This document shows, one piece after another, positions 1 through 9,456 of a stretch of 64,000 bases of DNA; the first letter of the stretch is position 1; each line of letters starts with the position of its first letter. The stretch covers positions 56,351 to 120,350 of the forward strand of contig JBATEX010000114.1 of the NCBI GenBank assembly GCA_049664225.1. Reading direction: 5' to 3'. This stretch comes from Thermoanaerobaculia bacterium (lineage in GTDB: Bacteria > Acidobacteriota > Thermoanaerobaculia > Multivoradales > JAHEKO01). The notes beneath the pieces were generated by a model. The model was not told where the DNA came from. It saw only the letters and a program-made list of their open reading frames with translations, and made no database searches. The translations under genes were made by a program, and so were the position numbers.

Positions 1-456
1 GTGCTGTACCTTCTTTGCCTTCCAGGACTCGATCTCCGAATGGCAGGTAGCGCATAGTTCGTTGGGCTGATCGAGGAGCATCCCACGAATATTGCCGCCA
101 TGAGGTTGATGACATTGGGTACATGCGCCTTCGGCGAACGGCTGATGAATGACTGTTCGCTGGGCTGCAAGGGTGGTGTTGGGGTGGCAGGAAGCGCAAA
201 GGACACCGGGCCTCTCCAGCAGCAACCCGGCAATTCGCGAGACGTGTGGATTGTGGCACGCGATGCAGTCGCCCTCCGTGATCGGCGGGTGAGGGAATTT
301 GCTGGCCATCGCTTCATCGAAATCGTGGCACTCGAGACAGACTCGACCGTCCTGCGCGCTGGCCAGCGAGGGAGAGGCCTCACTCCGATCGGGCCCGAGC
401 ACCAATGCGAACCACAACGCAGCTAGTAATCCGACGCAGCTGAGCAGCGTTTTCAC
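1..456 (-). CDS. multiheme cytochrome c, partial (3' part lies beyond window start)
   Basis: Reverse-strand reading from a GTG at 456-454 gives VKTLLSCVGLLAALWFALVLGP... (signal-peptide-like). It continues with CLECH, CIACHNPH, CASCH, CTQCHQPH and CATCH motifs to position 1 without a stop. The GTG overlaps the TGA stop of the upstream 26-haem gene (GTGA). This ORF is not in the track because it is incomplete. Confidence 0.6.
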   Translation of the reverse strand, partial: MKTLLSCVGLLAALWFALVLGPDRSEASPSLASAQDGRVCLECHDFDEAMASKFPHPPITEGDCIACHNPHVSRIAGLLLERPGVLCASCHPNTTLAAQRTVIHQPFAEGACTQCHQPHGGNIRGMLLDQPNELCATCHSEIESWKAKKVQH

Positions 457-2414
457 TGAGCACCTCCTGACGGCTCTGTCACCGCTTCGTGGCAAGCGGA
501 ACAGTCGCCGGCAGCAAACGGGTCGTGTTGCTGCGGCTGTAGTAGACCTGTCATCAGCGAAGCATGCGGGTCGTGGCAGGATGCACATTCGAGACCGTCG
601 CCTGAAAACCCAAGGTGGTCTGCGGTGAATCCCGTATCGCCGGTCTCGTGGCACTGCCCACAGGTAGCGCTCTCGCTGTCCAGTAGCAGGTTTCGCTCCG
701 CCGTTGCATGGGGACCATGGCAGCCGAGGCAGCCATCGGGCTCGCCGGCTGGTTGATGTACAGTCTCGGTAGCCAACCGTTCACCCAGATCCGAATGGCA
801 GGTGAAGCAAAGGGCAGGTATCGCAGCGCGAAGCAGAGGCTCCCTTTCACTTGCGTGTGGCTGGTGGCAGGCCGAGCATTCGTTGGCAGCGGGCGCATGC
901 AAGCTGCCGCCTTCCTCCGGCGCATCCGCTGTGTCGTGACAGGTGCGACACAGCCGCCCCGGCGACTCTGTAAGGAGGAACTCGACATCGGAGCCGTGGG
1001 GCAGATGGCAGGTTGCGCACTCACCCTCCTCGAAGGGGACATGTAACTGACGTTCTGTCGGCGAGGTTTCTGACGAATGACATTCGGAACACAAATCCTT
1101 GCCCTGTGCTAGCAGGAGTCCGGTGTTTCCACCGTGGGGCGTATGACACCCGGTGCATTCGCCGCGGGCTACAGGTTCGTGAAGAACTCGCAGACCGGCG
1201 CGGGCTCCGATGCCACCGTGACAGTCGCCACACAGATCATCCTGCCGAGCCACCAGAAGTCCCTCGCGACCGGAGCCATGCGGAGCATGGCAGAGGGTGC
1301 AGCTCTCTTCCAGAGGAGAGTGGCTGACTTCGACATCGCCCGCCGGATCACCATGGCAGTCAAGGCACAGTTGCCGCTCTGTTGTGCGCAACAGTGCGGG
1401 ATGGTTCGATTCGTGTCCGCTGTGGCAATTTGTGCACTGCTCCATCGCGGCGTGCGGATGGCTACCGGATCGGAACTGCTCGGCTTCGGTATGACAGGAA
1501 GTACAGAGCAGCAGCTCGCTGTTCGCGAGTAGAGGAGCGGTCGCTGAGGTGTGGGGCTGGTGACAATCCAGGCAGAGCCCACCGGCTGCCGGTCCATGCG
1601 TCGAGGTGGCGGAGCCGGTCGGAGGATCATGGCAATCCAGACAGATCTTGGCGTCGGGCAGATTCGCCAACTCACTGTCGTCCCGGTGGCAGGACGTACA
1701 GTCGAGATCTGGATGGACGGAGGCCAGCAGCAGTCCTTCCGAGGCCCCCGAATGAGGAGAGTGACAGCTGGTGCACTGACTGCCTGTGGGCTGCAGCCCT
1801 CCATGGGCGGCACGAAGCCCGTCGCCAGAGTCGTGACACTCGAAGCAGAGCGATGCTGCAGGCAACGCGAGTAGTTGCTCTTCGGTACTGCCGTGAATCG
1901 CGTGACAAGACAAACATCCGCCGTCCATCGCAGCGTGTTGCGCACTACCCTCGAAGCTGGAGCTCCCGTGGCAGGAGAGACACATCTCCTTCTCCGGCTG
2001 CTGAAGCAAACCGGCGTTGTCGGACCCATGAGGGTTGTGACAGGTGGAACAAGCTTCGATATTTGGATGTCGCACAGCGCTGTCGAGCCCCAGATCCTCA
2101 CTCGAGTGGCAATCCGAACAGAGCTCGAGCTCGTCGCTCTTGAGCCTCAATACACCCACGATTCCGTGTGGCTGATGGCAGGAGGTGCAATCTCCTCCGA
2201 TCATCGGTTCATGGGCGAAGGCGACCGGCTTGACGCTGTCGGCATGACAGTCGGCACAGGTTCCTCCCCGATCGAAGCGAGAGCCGCGCTTCAGCTGCGC
2301 CATCGCCGGAGCCGTTGCCATGAGACTCCAGAGCAGGACGACTGCTCCGGCCGTGGCCAGCCAGGGAAGCCCAGGACCCGAGCACTTGGTTGTCTTGGAG
2401 ATGAATCCAGTCAT
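453..2414 (-). CDS. 26-haem c-type cytochrome with periodic CxxCHxPH repeats
   Basis: I count 26 CxxCH motifs in the translation. The predicted signal peptide is MTGFISKTT...ATAPAMA|Q. I trimmed the start to the internal Met at 2414 because the track start at 2501 overlaps the upstream gene by 68 nt; the true start remains uncertain. Confidence 0.85.
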   Translation of the reverse strand: MTGFISKTTKCSGPGLPWLATAGAVVLLWSLMATAPAMAQLKRGSRFDRGGTCADCHADSVKPVAFAHEPMIGGDCTSCHQPHGIVGVLRLKSDELELCSDCHSSEDLGLDSAVRHPNIEACSTCHNPHGSDNAGLLQQPEKEMCLSCHGSSSFEGSAQHAAMDGGCLSCHAIHGSTEEQLLALPAASLCFECHDSGDGLRAAHGGLQPTGSQCTSCHSPHSGASEGLLLASVHPDLDCTSCHRDDSELANLPDAKICLDCHDPPTGSATSTHGPAAGGLCLDCHQPHTSATAPLLANSELLLCTSCHTEAEQFRSGSHPHAAMEQCTNCHSGHESNHPALLRTTERQLCLDCHGDPAGDVEVSHSPLEESCTLCHAPHGSGREGLLVARQDDLCGDCHGGIGARAGLRVLHEPVARGECTGCHTPHGGNTGLLLAQGKDLCSECHSSETSPTERQLHVPFEEGECATCHLPHGSDVEFLLTESPGRLCRTCHDTADAPEEGGSLHAPAANECSACHQPHASEREPLLRAAIPALCFTCHSDLGERLATETVHQPAGEPDGCLGCHGPHATAERNLLLDSESATCGQCHETGDTGFTADHLGFSGDGLECASCHDPHASLMTGLLQPQQHDPFAAGDCSACHEAVTEPSGGAQ

Positions 2415-2433
2415 GATCTCGACGCAAACCCTC

Positions 2434-4179
2434 TCAAGGTAAGCCGTGCGCCCCCGGCTCGTCGCCGGTGGCGCTTTCGGCATTGATCTGTAGCGATGCA
2501 ATGTGATCCTCGTAGAACCGGATGTCCGAGTTCTCCCGCAGCGTCATGAGAAGGCTATCCATGGTCTCGGCAAACTTGAGGGACTTGAGACGGTTTCGGA
2601 CGTTTCCCGACACCTCTTCGAATGAATAGTCGCCCTGTTCCTCGACCGCTGCAACTCGCAGAACCACGAAGTTGTCCTCCCACCCCTTGGGGCCGAGAAT
2701 CTCGCCTGCCTCCGTCACTCGCAGCTCGGAGGGACTGAAGGGCTCGATCGCTCGACCCGATTTGATCCACCCGCGATCGCCGCCACTGTCTTTGAACCGA
2801 TCGATAGAGCGCTGGCGGGCAATCCACGACATGTCGGCACCTTCGCGCAAGAGTTGGGCGACCTCTTCAGCCTCCTCCAGCGTGGTAGTGGTGACCTGGA
2901 AGATCCTCAGGTTCGGGGGCTTGCGAAACTCCGGGCGATGCGTTTCATAGTACTGCTCGGCCTCCTCTTGGGGAACCTCGAGGCTTGGCAAGATCACCTC
3001 GTCCAGGTATTTGCCGACCAGAAGTCGGGTCAGATTCGCCTGTTGAGCCCGCTCGACGTCTGGCGAATCACCATAGCCCATGGCCAGGGCCTCGACGAGG
3101 ATCACTTGCTCGGCGATGAGCTTATCGAGAACCAGAGGCTTGGTGAGAAGCGCTGCCTCTTCGTTTTGTACGTTGCGCCAGCGGTCGAGCAGAGCGGCCC
3201 CGAGGTCATCAGCACGAATCAAGCGGTCTTGGATTTGCACAAGGATCTGTTTGGGGTCCGGGACCACCGGCCATAGCCCCTCGCTGCCCCGGCGTTCACA
3301 CCCTATGGCGGCAATGGCCTCGTTGTCGATCTCTGGCTCATGCTTGGCGAGTAGCTCTGCCAGAAGTTCTGCCCTCAGGGTGTCCGCCTGGCGCAACTCG
3401 AGGATCCCCCGAATCCGATCCTCGACCGTTGGCAGGACTTGCGGATCAGCGGCAGCGAAGCTCTCGGCGCGGAACACCGTCCATCCCAGCTCGTTGAGAA
3501 GGGGAGCTGACAGGCTGCCTGGCTCCAGATCGAAGACGACTTCGGCGATCTCGGGAGGCAGGTTCCTGTAGGGGAAATTCTCTGCCAGTCCCCCTTGCCC
3601 TCTCAGGCCGTCGACCGAACGCTCCCTGGCGAGAGCCTCGAAATCTGCACCGGCACGGATCTCGTCGAGGAATCGGCCGGCCTCCTCTCGGGACTTCAAT
3701 GTTGCCATGTGAGCGGTGACTGTGCGGTAGTCCGACTCGAAGATCGTCTCGATCAGACTCTCGTCGATCTCGACTCGGCTCGTGATCGCCTCGTACTCGA
3801 GCCTCTCACGGGCCATGTCGTCGCGCAGTTTTTCGAGTCGCTTCGGAATGGGAGCTTCGCGATCCATCGCCAGGGCCGCGGCCTCGCCTGCGAGGAGAGC
3901 ATCCCCAACCAGCCTATTGCGGATGAGTGAGTCGACGTCGAAGTCGGGCCGCGAGGAAGCCTGAATCCGAGAGTGGAGATCGGAGAGTACCCTTTCCAGG
4001 TCCTCTACATAGACTGGCCAGTCGTTGACCATGGCCAATAAGTTCTTGTCGACAGCGACCTCTTTGGGGATTGCGCTCGAAGTCGGCTCTTCTGCCTGAG
4101 TCCCAGCCGGATGGGCGACGACTGCAAACCCAGCGATGAGGGCCAGTTGGATTGGTAGGGCCAGAAATCTGGTTGACAT
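2434..4179 (-). CDS. SurA/PpiD-like periplasmic chaperone with two PpiC (parvulin) PPIase domains
   Basis: Signal peptide MSTRFLALPIQLALIAGFAVVAHPA. There are two parvulin-like segments (...FEALARERSVDGLRGQGGLAENF... and ...MSWIARQRSIDRFKDSGGDRGWIKSG...). The ATG at 4177-4179 overlaps the TAA stop of the upstream gene (TAATG). Confidence 0.7.
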   Translation of the reverse strand: MSTRFLALPIQLALIAGFAVVAHPAGTQAEEPTSSAIPKEVAVDKNLLAMVNDWPVYVEDLERVLSDLHSRIQASSRPDFDVDSLIRNRLVGDALLAGEAAALAMDREAPIPKRLEKLRDDMARERLEYEAITSRVEIDESLIETIFESDYRTVTAHMATLKSREEAGRFLDEIRAGADFEALARERSVDGLRGQGGLAENFPYRNLPPEIAEVVFDLEPGSLSAPLLNELGWTVFRAESFAAADPQVLPTVEDRIRGILELRQADTLRAELLAELLAKHEPEIDNEAIAAIGCERRGSEGLWPVVPDPKQILVQIQDRLIRADDLGAALLDRWRNVQNEEAALLTKPLVLDKLIAEQVILVEALAMGYGDSPDVERAQQANLTRLLVGKYLDEVILPSLEVPQEEAEQYYETHRPEFRKPPNLRIFQVTTTTLEEAEEVAQLLREGADMSWIARQRSIDRFKDSGGDRGWIKSGRAIEPFSPSELRVTEAGEILGPKGWEDNFVVLRVAAVEEQGDYSFEEVSGNVRNRLKSLKFAETMDSLLMTLRENSDIRFYEDHIASLQINAESATGDEPGAHGLP

Positions 4180-5252
4180 TATCGTCCTACTCCTGTGAGT
4201 TCGAGAGATGGAGATTGATCGGCGAGATCGCTGGTCAGTCGAGCCAATAGCACCGTCAGCAGTTGGCCACGGGAGTATATGCGACGGCCCCGAAAGATCG
4301 TCTGCCGAAACCAGCCGTCACGCTCCAGTGCTCCGGTCCAGACAATTCTTCCGCTCTCGGCGTCGAGTCCTCGCAGAGCGACGGCTACAAAGGGTCTTGG
4401 TTCGGTGCCGGGACCTGCTTCATAGGCTTCGACCGATCCGGTGAGGATCAAGTTGACCTGGCACTCTTCTGCGATGGCGGTCCAGACCTCTCGGCTCAAC
4501 TCGCCCCACCTCCGAGCCCGGTGCTGCCGCAGAACCTCGGCAATTCGGTTTGGAGCCACGATGTCGACCCCGTTTTCTCGGAGCACGGAGTAGAGCGCTT
4601 GCGTGGCTGCGTCGGCGGTGGCAGACGCACGTCTCGCGCTGCTACTGCTCAGGGGTAGGACCGCTATCCTTCCGACAGCGGCCTGCCAATTCGCGCTTGA
4701 TGACGAAGATTCGAGAGGGCGGGGAGCCTCCTCGGCCGTGAGGTCGAGTTGGTCGACAAGATCCAGCAGCGCGAGGTCAGCGAGTCGATCGAGGTCCCAG
4801 ACCTCTCCGAGCCCGAGGAAGTGCAGTCCATCGATGCCGGTTGCGCTCTTGAATGCGCTGCGCGAGTCCTCCGGGGAATCTCCCCTTACCGCCAGAGCAG
4901 AGAGAGTGATGGTAGGTACAGGACGGCTGCGGGATTCATGGAGGGTCACTGAAACGAGCCAGTCGGCCTTCAGAGCTGCTGCTAGTCGAGCGAGGTTCTC
5001 GGCCCCGGCATCGTCAACCTGACGAATTCGGAGCTGGCGAAGAGTGTCGCGCACGTGATTGCGCTCGACCACGGGCCCGGTTCCGAGGAGAAGATTCTCC
5101 AGGTATGTCGCTATTCTCGCCGTCGTGACCGGGTCCGATGCGCGATCCCGCACCGAAATGATCGCCGAGGCCGGCAGCTGCCCTGAGGAGCTGGCCTCGG
5201 CAACGATAGGAAGCAGAACAAGAACGGCAACAAGGCTTGGGCGTAGGCGCAC
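4179..5252 (-). CDS. periplasmic protein with two tandem LpoB/TolB-N/CsgG-like alpha/beta domains
   Basis: Signal peptide MRLRPSLVAVLVLLPIVAEA. Two repeats carry the pattern (I/V)xV-P-L...A..L...L...G...V and ...LILTGSVEAYEAG...RPFVAVALRGLDAESGRIVWTG, which echoes the 204-aa lipoprotein next door. Confidence 0.5.
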   Translation of the reverse strand: MRLRPSLVAVLVLLPIVAEASSSGQLPASAIISVRDRASDPVTTARIATYLENLLLGTGPVVERNHVRDTLRQLRIRQVDDAGAENLARLAAALKADWLVSVTLHESRSRPVPTITLSALAVRGDSPEDSRSAFKSATGIDGLHFLGLGEVWDLDRLADLALLDLVDQLDLTAEEAPRPLESSSSSANWQAAVGRIAVLPLSSSSARRASATADAATQALYSVLRENGVDIVAPNRIAEVLRQHRARRWGELSREVWTAIAEECQVNLILTGSVEAYEAGPGTEPRPFVAVALRGLDAESGRIVWTGALERDGWFRQTIFRGRRIYSRGQLLTVLLARLTSDLADQSPSLELTGVGR

Positions 5253-5274
5253 GATTTCGAATCCTGGATCGTCG

Positions 5275-5889
5275 TCAATCGAGAAGAGTATCGAGCAGCT
5301 TTTGGATGCACCGGCGGGTCGTCTCGGCTAGAGGTTCGCCACCCGTGCCCAGCAGGCGAGCGCCGACCGTGCTCCCCTTCTCGGTGTGAGTGGCGGCCCA
5401 GACGATGGCTCCGGTATCGGTTTCGATCATCTGGGCGTCGAGGGTGACAACGGGTCGAAGGGCGGATCCGAATCGCATGACCTCGGATTGGGCGACCGTG
5501 CCAATCACAACCGCCTGTACCCCCAGAGCCTGACCGAGGCCCAGGGCTTCTTCGGAACTGGGTGCGGTCATCCTGCCGCTGCCCATCTTGCGCATCGCCG
5601 CCTGTACCTCGCCCGGCTCGACCACGTCCAGAGCGCCGCTGGCAAGGAGCTCGGTGATCAGCAGGCGCGTAGCCCGCTCGCCGGCCTGAGAATCGGAGCT
5701 CAAATTGGCGAAGGGAATCACCGCCACCCGCTGGACGTATGAGAAATCAAAGCCGGGGTTGGCGAATTGAGTGGTCGGAAGGCTGCTCGAGCAGGCGAGC
5801 AGCGCCATCAAGCCTGTCGAGGTCAGCAGGATGAGAGAGACCCGATTGAGAGTCGTGATTCGCGATTTGCCCATGAACTTGGCCCCCAT
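5275..5889 (-). CDS. lipoprotein of the LpoB/TolB-N/CsgG-like fold
   Basis: Lipobox ...GLMALLAC|SSS. It has the motifs VAVIPFANLSSD...ATRLLITELLASGALDVVEP...VVIGTV...VTLDAQMIETDTGAIVWAA, which parallel E. coli LpoB (LLVDSVNN...LQMQLMLVQTGEIIWSG) and CsgG core strands. Its start abuts the barrel's stop codon (TGAATG). Confidence 0.6.
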   Translation of the reverse strand: MGAKFMGKSRITTLNRVSLILLTSTGLMALLACSSSLPTTQFANPGFDFSYVQRVAVIPFANLSSDSQAGERATRLLITELLASGALDVVEPGEVQAAMRKMGSGRMTAPSSEEALGLGQALGVQAVVIGTVAQSEVMRFGSALRPVVTLDAQMIETDTGAIVWAATHTEKGSTVGARLLGTGGEPLAETTRRCIQKLLDTLLD

Positions 5890-7986
5890 TCAATAGAAGA
5901 AGATGCTGAAGCCGAACAGCAGACTGTTGGTTTGTGAGGTCAGATCACCCCTGAAAGTCACCTCGGATCGGTTCCATCTGCCGGTGAGCAGAACCCGCGG
6001 GTTCAACCGATAGTCAGCCCCAACGGATGCGCCCGACGTCTTTCGCTCCGAGTCGGTGCTGCTTTGGTTGTAGGAAACATTGACGCTCAACTTCGGTCCC
6101 GGAACGAAGAAGATACCGTACCGCTGGCCGGTCGACGTTTGTTCGTTGTCTCGGGACCAAGAGAATAGGCCATTGAGAAACAGGAACGACCCGGGGCTCC
6201 AGGTCGACCCGACCTTGAAGAACTGTCGCTCCAACAGGCTTTCTTGGAGTGGCGATTCGATGAGCGAGTAACCGAGTGCACCATCGAGAGTCCAACGCTG
6301 TGTCGGCCTCGACCTGAGATCCTCACGCCATGACCATGTATTGCGATCCTGATCTCCGGTCGGATCAGTGAGTTCGGAATAGGAGAGAGTGGAAGTCAAG
6401 TCGAGGTCGGGCAGCAAGGCGGTAAACACTCTGAGACGGATGGCGTCGACGGTCTGGAGCAACAGCTCCTTCTCGGCTTGGTCCCTCCGGCTTGCCGAAA
6501 GGACTGCGTCGAGCGTTGGCAGCGGCACCCATCGCAGTGCCGCATCGATCGTCTCGGTCGTGCGAAACAGACCCCCAGCCGTGCGATTCTCGGAGTCGCT
6601 GTAACGATAGCCGCCACTGAGCTCGAGATCCGAAGTCAATCGAACCCCGACGCTGCCCGACGCGTGACGTTCGTTGAAGTCGCGCCGCACAATGCCCGCC
6701 GTCACGGTCTCGTCGTTGCTGCCTCCGAGGTTGAACCTGGCTGTCACTCGGCGTGAGGGGCGCAAGCCGAGAGAAACATCCCCACGATAGAGTGTACTGT
6801 CTTGGGTGCTCTCTCCCGGCTCGATGTCGAGGTCTCTGAAAGCGGCAATCTCAGTCACCAGGACCACTGGAACCACGTTGGGTGAGATGTTGACGACCTT
6901 GAAGAAACGCTGGTTGGTCTCAGGAAAGCTGACTCTATAGAGCTGTCGACCAGCGTCGAATTCCGCCGACTCGCCCGCTACCCGCTCCCAGATCAGGTTG
7001 TCGGCGCTCTGAAACACCTGCCACAGCACGGCGGGGCCCGAAGGCCGATCGACCGAGACCTCGAGACGCGAGACAGGCAGAATCGCGCCGACGTCGATGC
7101 CGAGATTCCGAAAGGCGTTACCACCACCGATATCGATGATCGGAGGGGAGGGAGTAAAACGGTCGCCGTCGATGAGTCCAGGAGCGGGCTCGAGCTCGCC
7201 AACCTCCGGTGAAGTATCGATCGCGTAGAGGCCCTGAACCGCTGGAATCGGCTCGGCGAGGTCGTCATCTCCAGAGGTCCTCGACTGACTCTCGATGCGA
7301 CCCGCCGAGCCCGAGAAGCCCAGGCGGAGGCGCTCGTCGAAGAAGCCACGGCTTCCCGCCAGTCTCAATCGATGGACATCCTGGAGCGAGGCGAAGTCGG
7401 TAGATTCCTTCTCCAGGTCGTTGCGATTGAAGGAGTATCCCGCAGACCACCGTTTCCGCCTGTAGGTCGCATCGAAGAGGTAGGTGCGTTGGTGACCATC
7501 CCGGCCCAGGGCCGACACGTCGGCCTCGTTCTTGGAGTCGCGCGCCTGGCCCGAAAGAGTCAGCCCCCTCGTTGCGCGCCACGAGAAGCCGCCAAACAGC
7601 GCGTCAGACTGAAAGTCCTCGCTTTCGAAGGTTCCCTGAGACGTCCGCCGCTCAGCTCCCAGGTATGCGGACAAGGATGGCCTGTCATAGAGCAGCTGAA
7701 ATCGGGGATTCTGTCGGGTGCGGCTCGCCTCCGGTAGGCCGCTGAACTGGGAGGTGTAATCATAGTAGCGATAGCCGGCCTGCAATTTCAAGAAAGGCGC
7801 CAATTCCTCGGTCAGCCTCAGCGAGTACTTTTGCTCGAGGTTGTCACTGTCGGTCGCCAGGGTGTCGACGGATGTCCAGTAGACGATGGCGGTCGCGTTG
7901 AAGTCGAGGGCAAGAGCGAGTTGAGGCGAGGTCAAGAACGCAACGAGGGCGACTCGAGCCAACAGCTGTTGAAGGTCCAGGCGCAT
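5890..7986 (-). CDS. large outer-membrane beta-barrel protein (698 aa) with an internal soluble insert
   Basis: Signal peptide MRLDLQQLLARVALVAFLTSPQLALA. The body shows alternating hydrophobic/polar amphipathic strand patterns. The C-terminus ...LLFGFSIFFY ends in an aromatic residue, as in BAM-dependent OMPs. A polar/Pro-rich insert of about 150 aa (DDDLAEPIPAV...VTEIAAF) sits mid-protein. Confidence 0.7.
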   Translation of the reverse strand: MRLDLQQLLARVALVAFLTSPQLALALDFNATAIVYWTSVDTLATDSDNLEQKYSLRLTEELAPFLKLQAGYRYYDYTSQFSGLPEASRTRQNPRFQLLYDRPSLSAYLGAERRTSQGTFESEDFQSDALFGGFSWRATRGLTLSGQARDSKNEADVSALGRDGHQRTYLFDATYRRKRWSAGYSFNRNDLEKESTDFASLQDVHRLRLAGSRGFFDERLRLGFSGSAGRIESQSRTSGDDDLAEPIPAVQGLYAIDTSPEVGELEPAPGLIDGDRFTPSPPIIDIGGGNAFRNLGIDVGAILPVSRLEVSVDRPSGPAVLWQVFQSADNLIWERVAGESAEFDAGRQLYRVSFPETNQRFFKVVNISPNVVPVVLVTEIAAFRDLDIEPGESTQDSTLYRGDVSLGLRPSRRVTARFNLGGSNDETVTAGIVRRDFNERHASGSVGVRLTSDLELSGGYRYSDSENRTAGGLFRTTETIDAALRWVPLPTLDAVLSASRRDQAEKELLLQTVDAIRLRVFTALLPDLDLTSTLSYSELTDPTGDQDRNTWSWREDLRSRPTQRWTLDGALGYSLIESPLQESLLERQFFKVGSTWSPGSFLFLNGLFSWSRDNEQTSTGQRYGIFFVPGPKLSVNVSYNQSSTDSERKTSGASVGADYRLNPRVLLTGRWNRSEVTFRGDLTSQTNSLLFGFSIFFY

Positions 7987-8189
7987 TCTTCGGATTTCTG
8001 TGCTGGGCGACCTCGAGTCCGGAGCGATAGAGGGCAGGTGGAGCCTCGCCTACCGGTGGATGGTGTCACTCTGCACCGCAGCTGTCACCGGCTAAAAGGG
8101 TGGTGTCCCTGGGGGTCTGGGGTAGGTTGCGAACTACCCTTTTGATCAGGCCTACACCGCGCGGGCCACTCCGCACCGGCCGATACTAG

Positions 8190-8217
8190 AAAAATGCCCG
8201 GGGCCGAAGCCCCGGGC
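8190..8217 (-). terminator. Rho-independent terminator immediately downstream of the hexahaem cytochrome gene
   Basis: The minus-strand RNA would read GCCCGGGGC-UUCG-GCCCCGGGC followed by AUUUUUCUAG. That is a 9-bp GC stem with a UUCG tetraloop and a U-run, 30 nt after the stop at 8248. Confidence 0.7.
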
Positions 8218-8247
8218 ACGGATTCAATCAACCAGCTGGCTTGCGGG

Positions 8248-9381
8248 TTACGGAATAATCAGGCTATCGAAAATGTCCTGGCCGTGGCACTTGTTGCAGA
8301 GCGAACGCGTAACCAGGTCGGCCGGGTACGGATTCGGCAGTGGGTAGGTCCCGAAGGCGTCGCCGTCCTCTTCCAGAAAGGTCACGTTGAAGTCCCAGCG
8401 GCCGGAGTCGGCAGCCGAGGATGCGTGCGCGAAATGGCAGGTCACACAGGCGACCACGCTGGAATCCTGAGCACCGACGGTCGAGCCTATGTCGGTTTCA
8501 TCGAAGGTCGAATCTTCGAAGGGCACCTGCCATAGGTAGGCTGTGGCTGCGGTACCGCTGCCACAGGGCGGTGCAGTGGAGGCGACACAGTCGGTCGTTC
8601 CCATGTAGGCGTTGTACTGCTCCCAGACTTCTTCCATGGATTCGCCCGAGGGATGGATGTCGCGGCCTGAGCCCTGATGGAACAGGCCATGGCACGTCGA
8701 GCACCACGCGCTGTAGTTCAAGACGTAGACATTGTGCTCAGGATCGACCCGTGGGTCGTTGCTCAGTGACTGTCCATACGCTTCGATGGTCGCGGCGTAG
8801 GTGACCGACGAAACGCCGAGATCCACTTCCTGGTCTTGACGATAGAGGAGCCGGAAACTGTCGTTGCCGTGTGGGTCGTGGCAGCTCGAGCAGGCGATGT
8901 CGTTGTCTACGGTATTGCTGCTGCCGGGTGCCCAGTCGAGGGTCTGGTCGACATCGGTACCCTTGATATTCGACGCGATGTTGTGGCCAGCCGCGTCGCC
9001 AGGAATCGGAGCGCCACGTGTCGACTCGGCTAGATTGGCTTCGGTCAAGAAGCTGAAGTCACCAGCGTTTCCGAAGTCGACGGGGTCTGTCGCATCGGGA
9101 CTCCACACCGAGTAGCTCCTGCCTGTACGGCCATGGCAGCGCAGGCAAACGTCACTCCTGTTCGGAAAGAGAAGGAGGTCGTTGTAGCCTTCGCCAGGGA
9201 GTTTGTCTGGGTTGATCGGATTGCCGTTGGCATCCGCCTCGGTGCCGTTCATGGCAACACCGTTCTGGCTGTTGTGCATGGTGTGGCAACCGTTGCAGTG
9301 AGCGACACCACCGTCATGGAAAGCCATGACCGGGGTGGCGAGGATCACTGCGGCGGCCACCAGTAGCAGGGTTTTTTTCAT
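8248..9381 (-). CDS. secreted hexahaem c-type cytochrome, OmcS-like (candidate nanowire subunit)
   Basis: Start at the internal Met (MKKTLLLVAAAVILATPVMA|F) preceded by AAGGAG. There are six CxxCH motifs (CNGCH, CLRCH, CSSCH, CSTCH, CVTCH, CNKCH). The mature N-terminus FHDGGVAHCNGCHTMHN resembles Geobacter OmcS as I recall it (FHSGGVAECEGCHTMHN; Phe1 and His16). The C-terminus ...LCNKCHGQD is also similar. Confidence 0.75.
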   Translation of the reverse strand: MKKTLLLVAAAVILATPVMAFHDGGVAHCNGCHTMHNSQNGVAMNGTEADANGNPINPDKLPGEGYNDLLLFPNRSDVCLRCHGRTGRSYSVWSPDATDPVDFGNAGDFSFLTEANLAESTRGAPIPGDAAGHNIASNIKGTDVDQTLDWAPGSSNTVDNDIACSSCHDPHGNDSFRLLYRQDQEVDLGVSSVTYAATIEAYGQSLSNDPRVDPEHNVYVLNYSAWCSTCHGLFHQGSGRDIHPSGESMEEVWEQYNAYMGTTDCVASTAPPCGSGTAATAYLWQVPFEDSTFDETDIGSTVGAQDSSVVACVTCHFAHASSAADSGRWDFNVTFLEEDGDAFGTYPLPNPYPADLVTRSLCNKCHGQDIFDSLIIP

Positions 9382-9456
9382 TTGGCTTCTCCTTTGTTCA
9401 AAGTAACCGGAGTTCCGGTTGGTTTGCGTTTCTATTCTCCCTCGGCCCTCTATGTG

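Noticed and set aside
1169-2101. Long antisense or alternative-frame ORFs inside cytochrome and other genes (e.g. 1169-2101, 1382-2143, 16849-18513, 36282-37682, 38196-39080, 55354-56607, 52110-53423)
   Set aside because: They have no motifs and show Arg/Pro/Gly-rich GC-bias composition. They fully overlap genes with strong domain evidence on the other strand or frame.
8000-8190. GGTTGCGAACTACCC-like segment considered as a tRNA T-arm fragment
   Set aside because: No full cloverleaf (acceptor stem, anticodon arm) can be built around it. The region is better explained as operon leader plus terminator.
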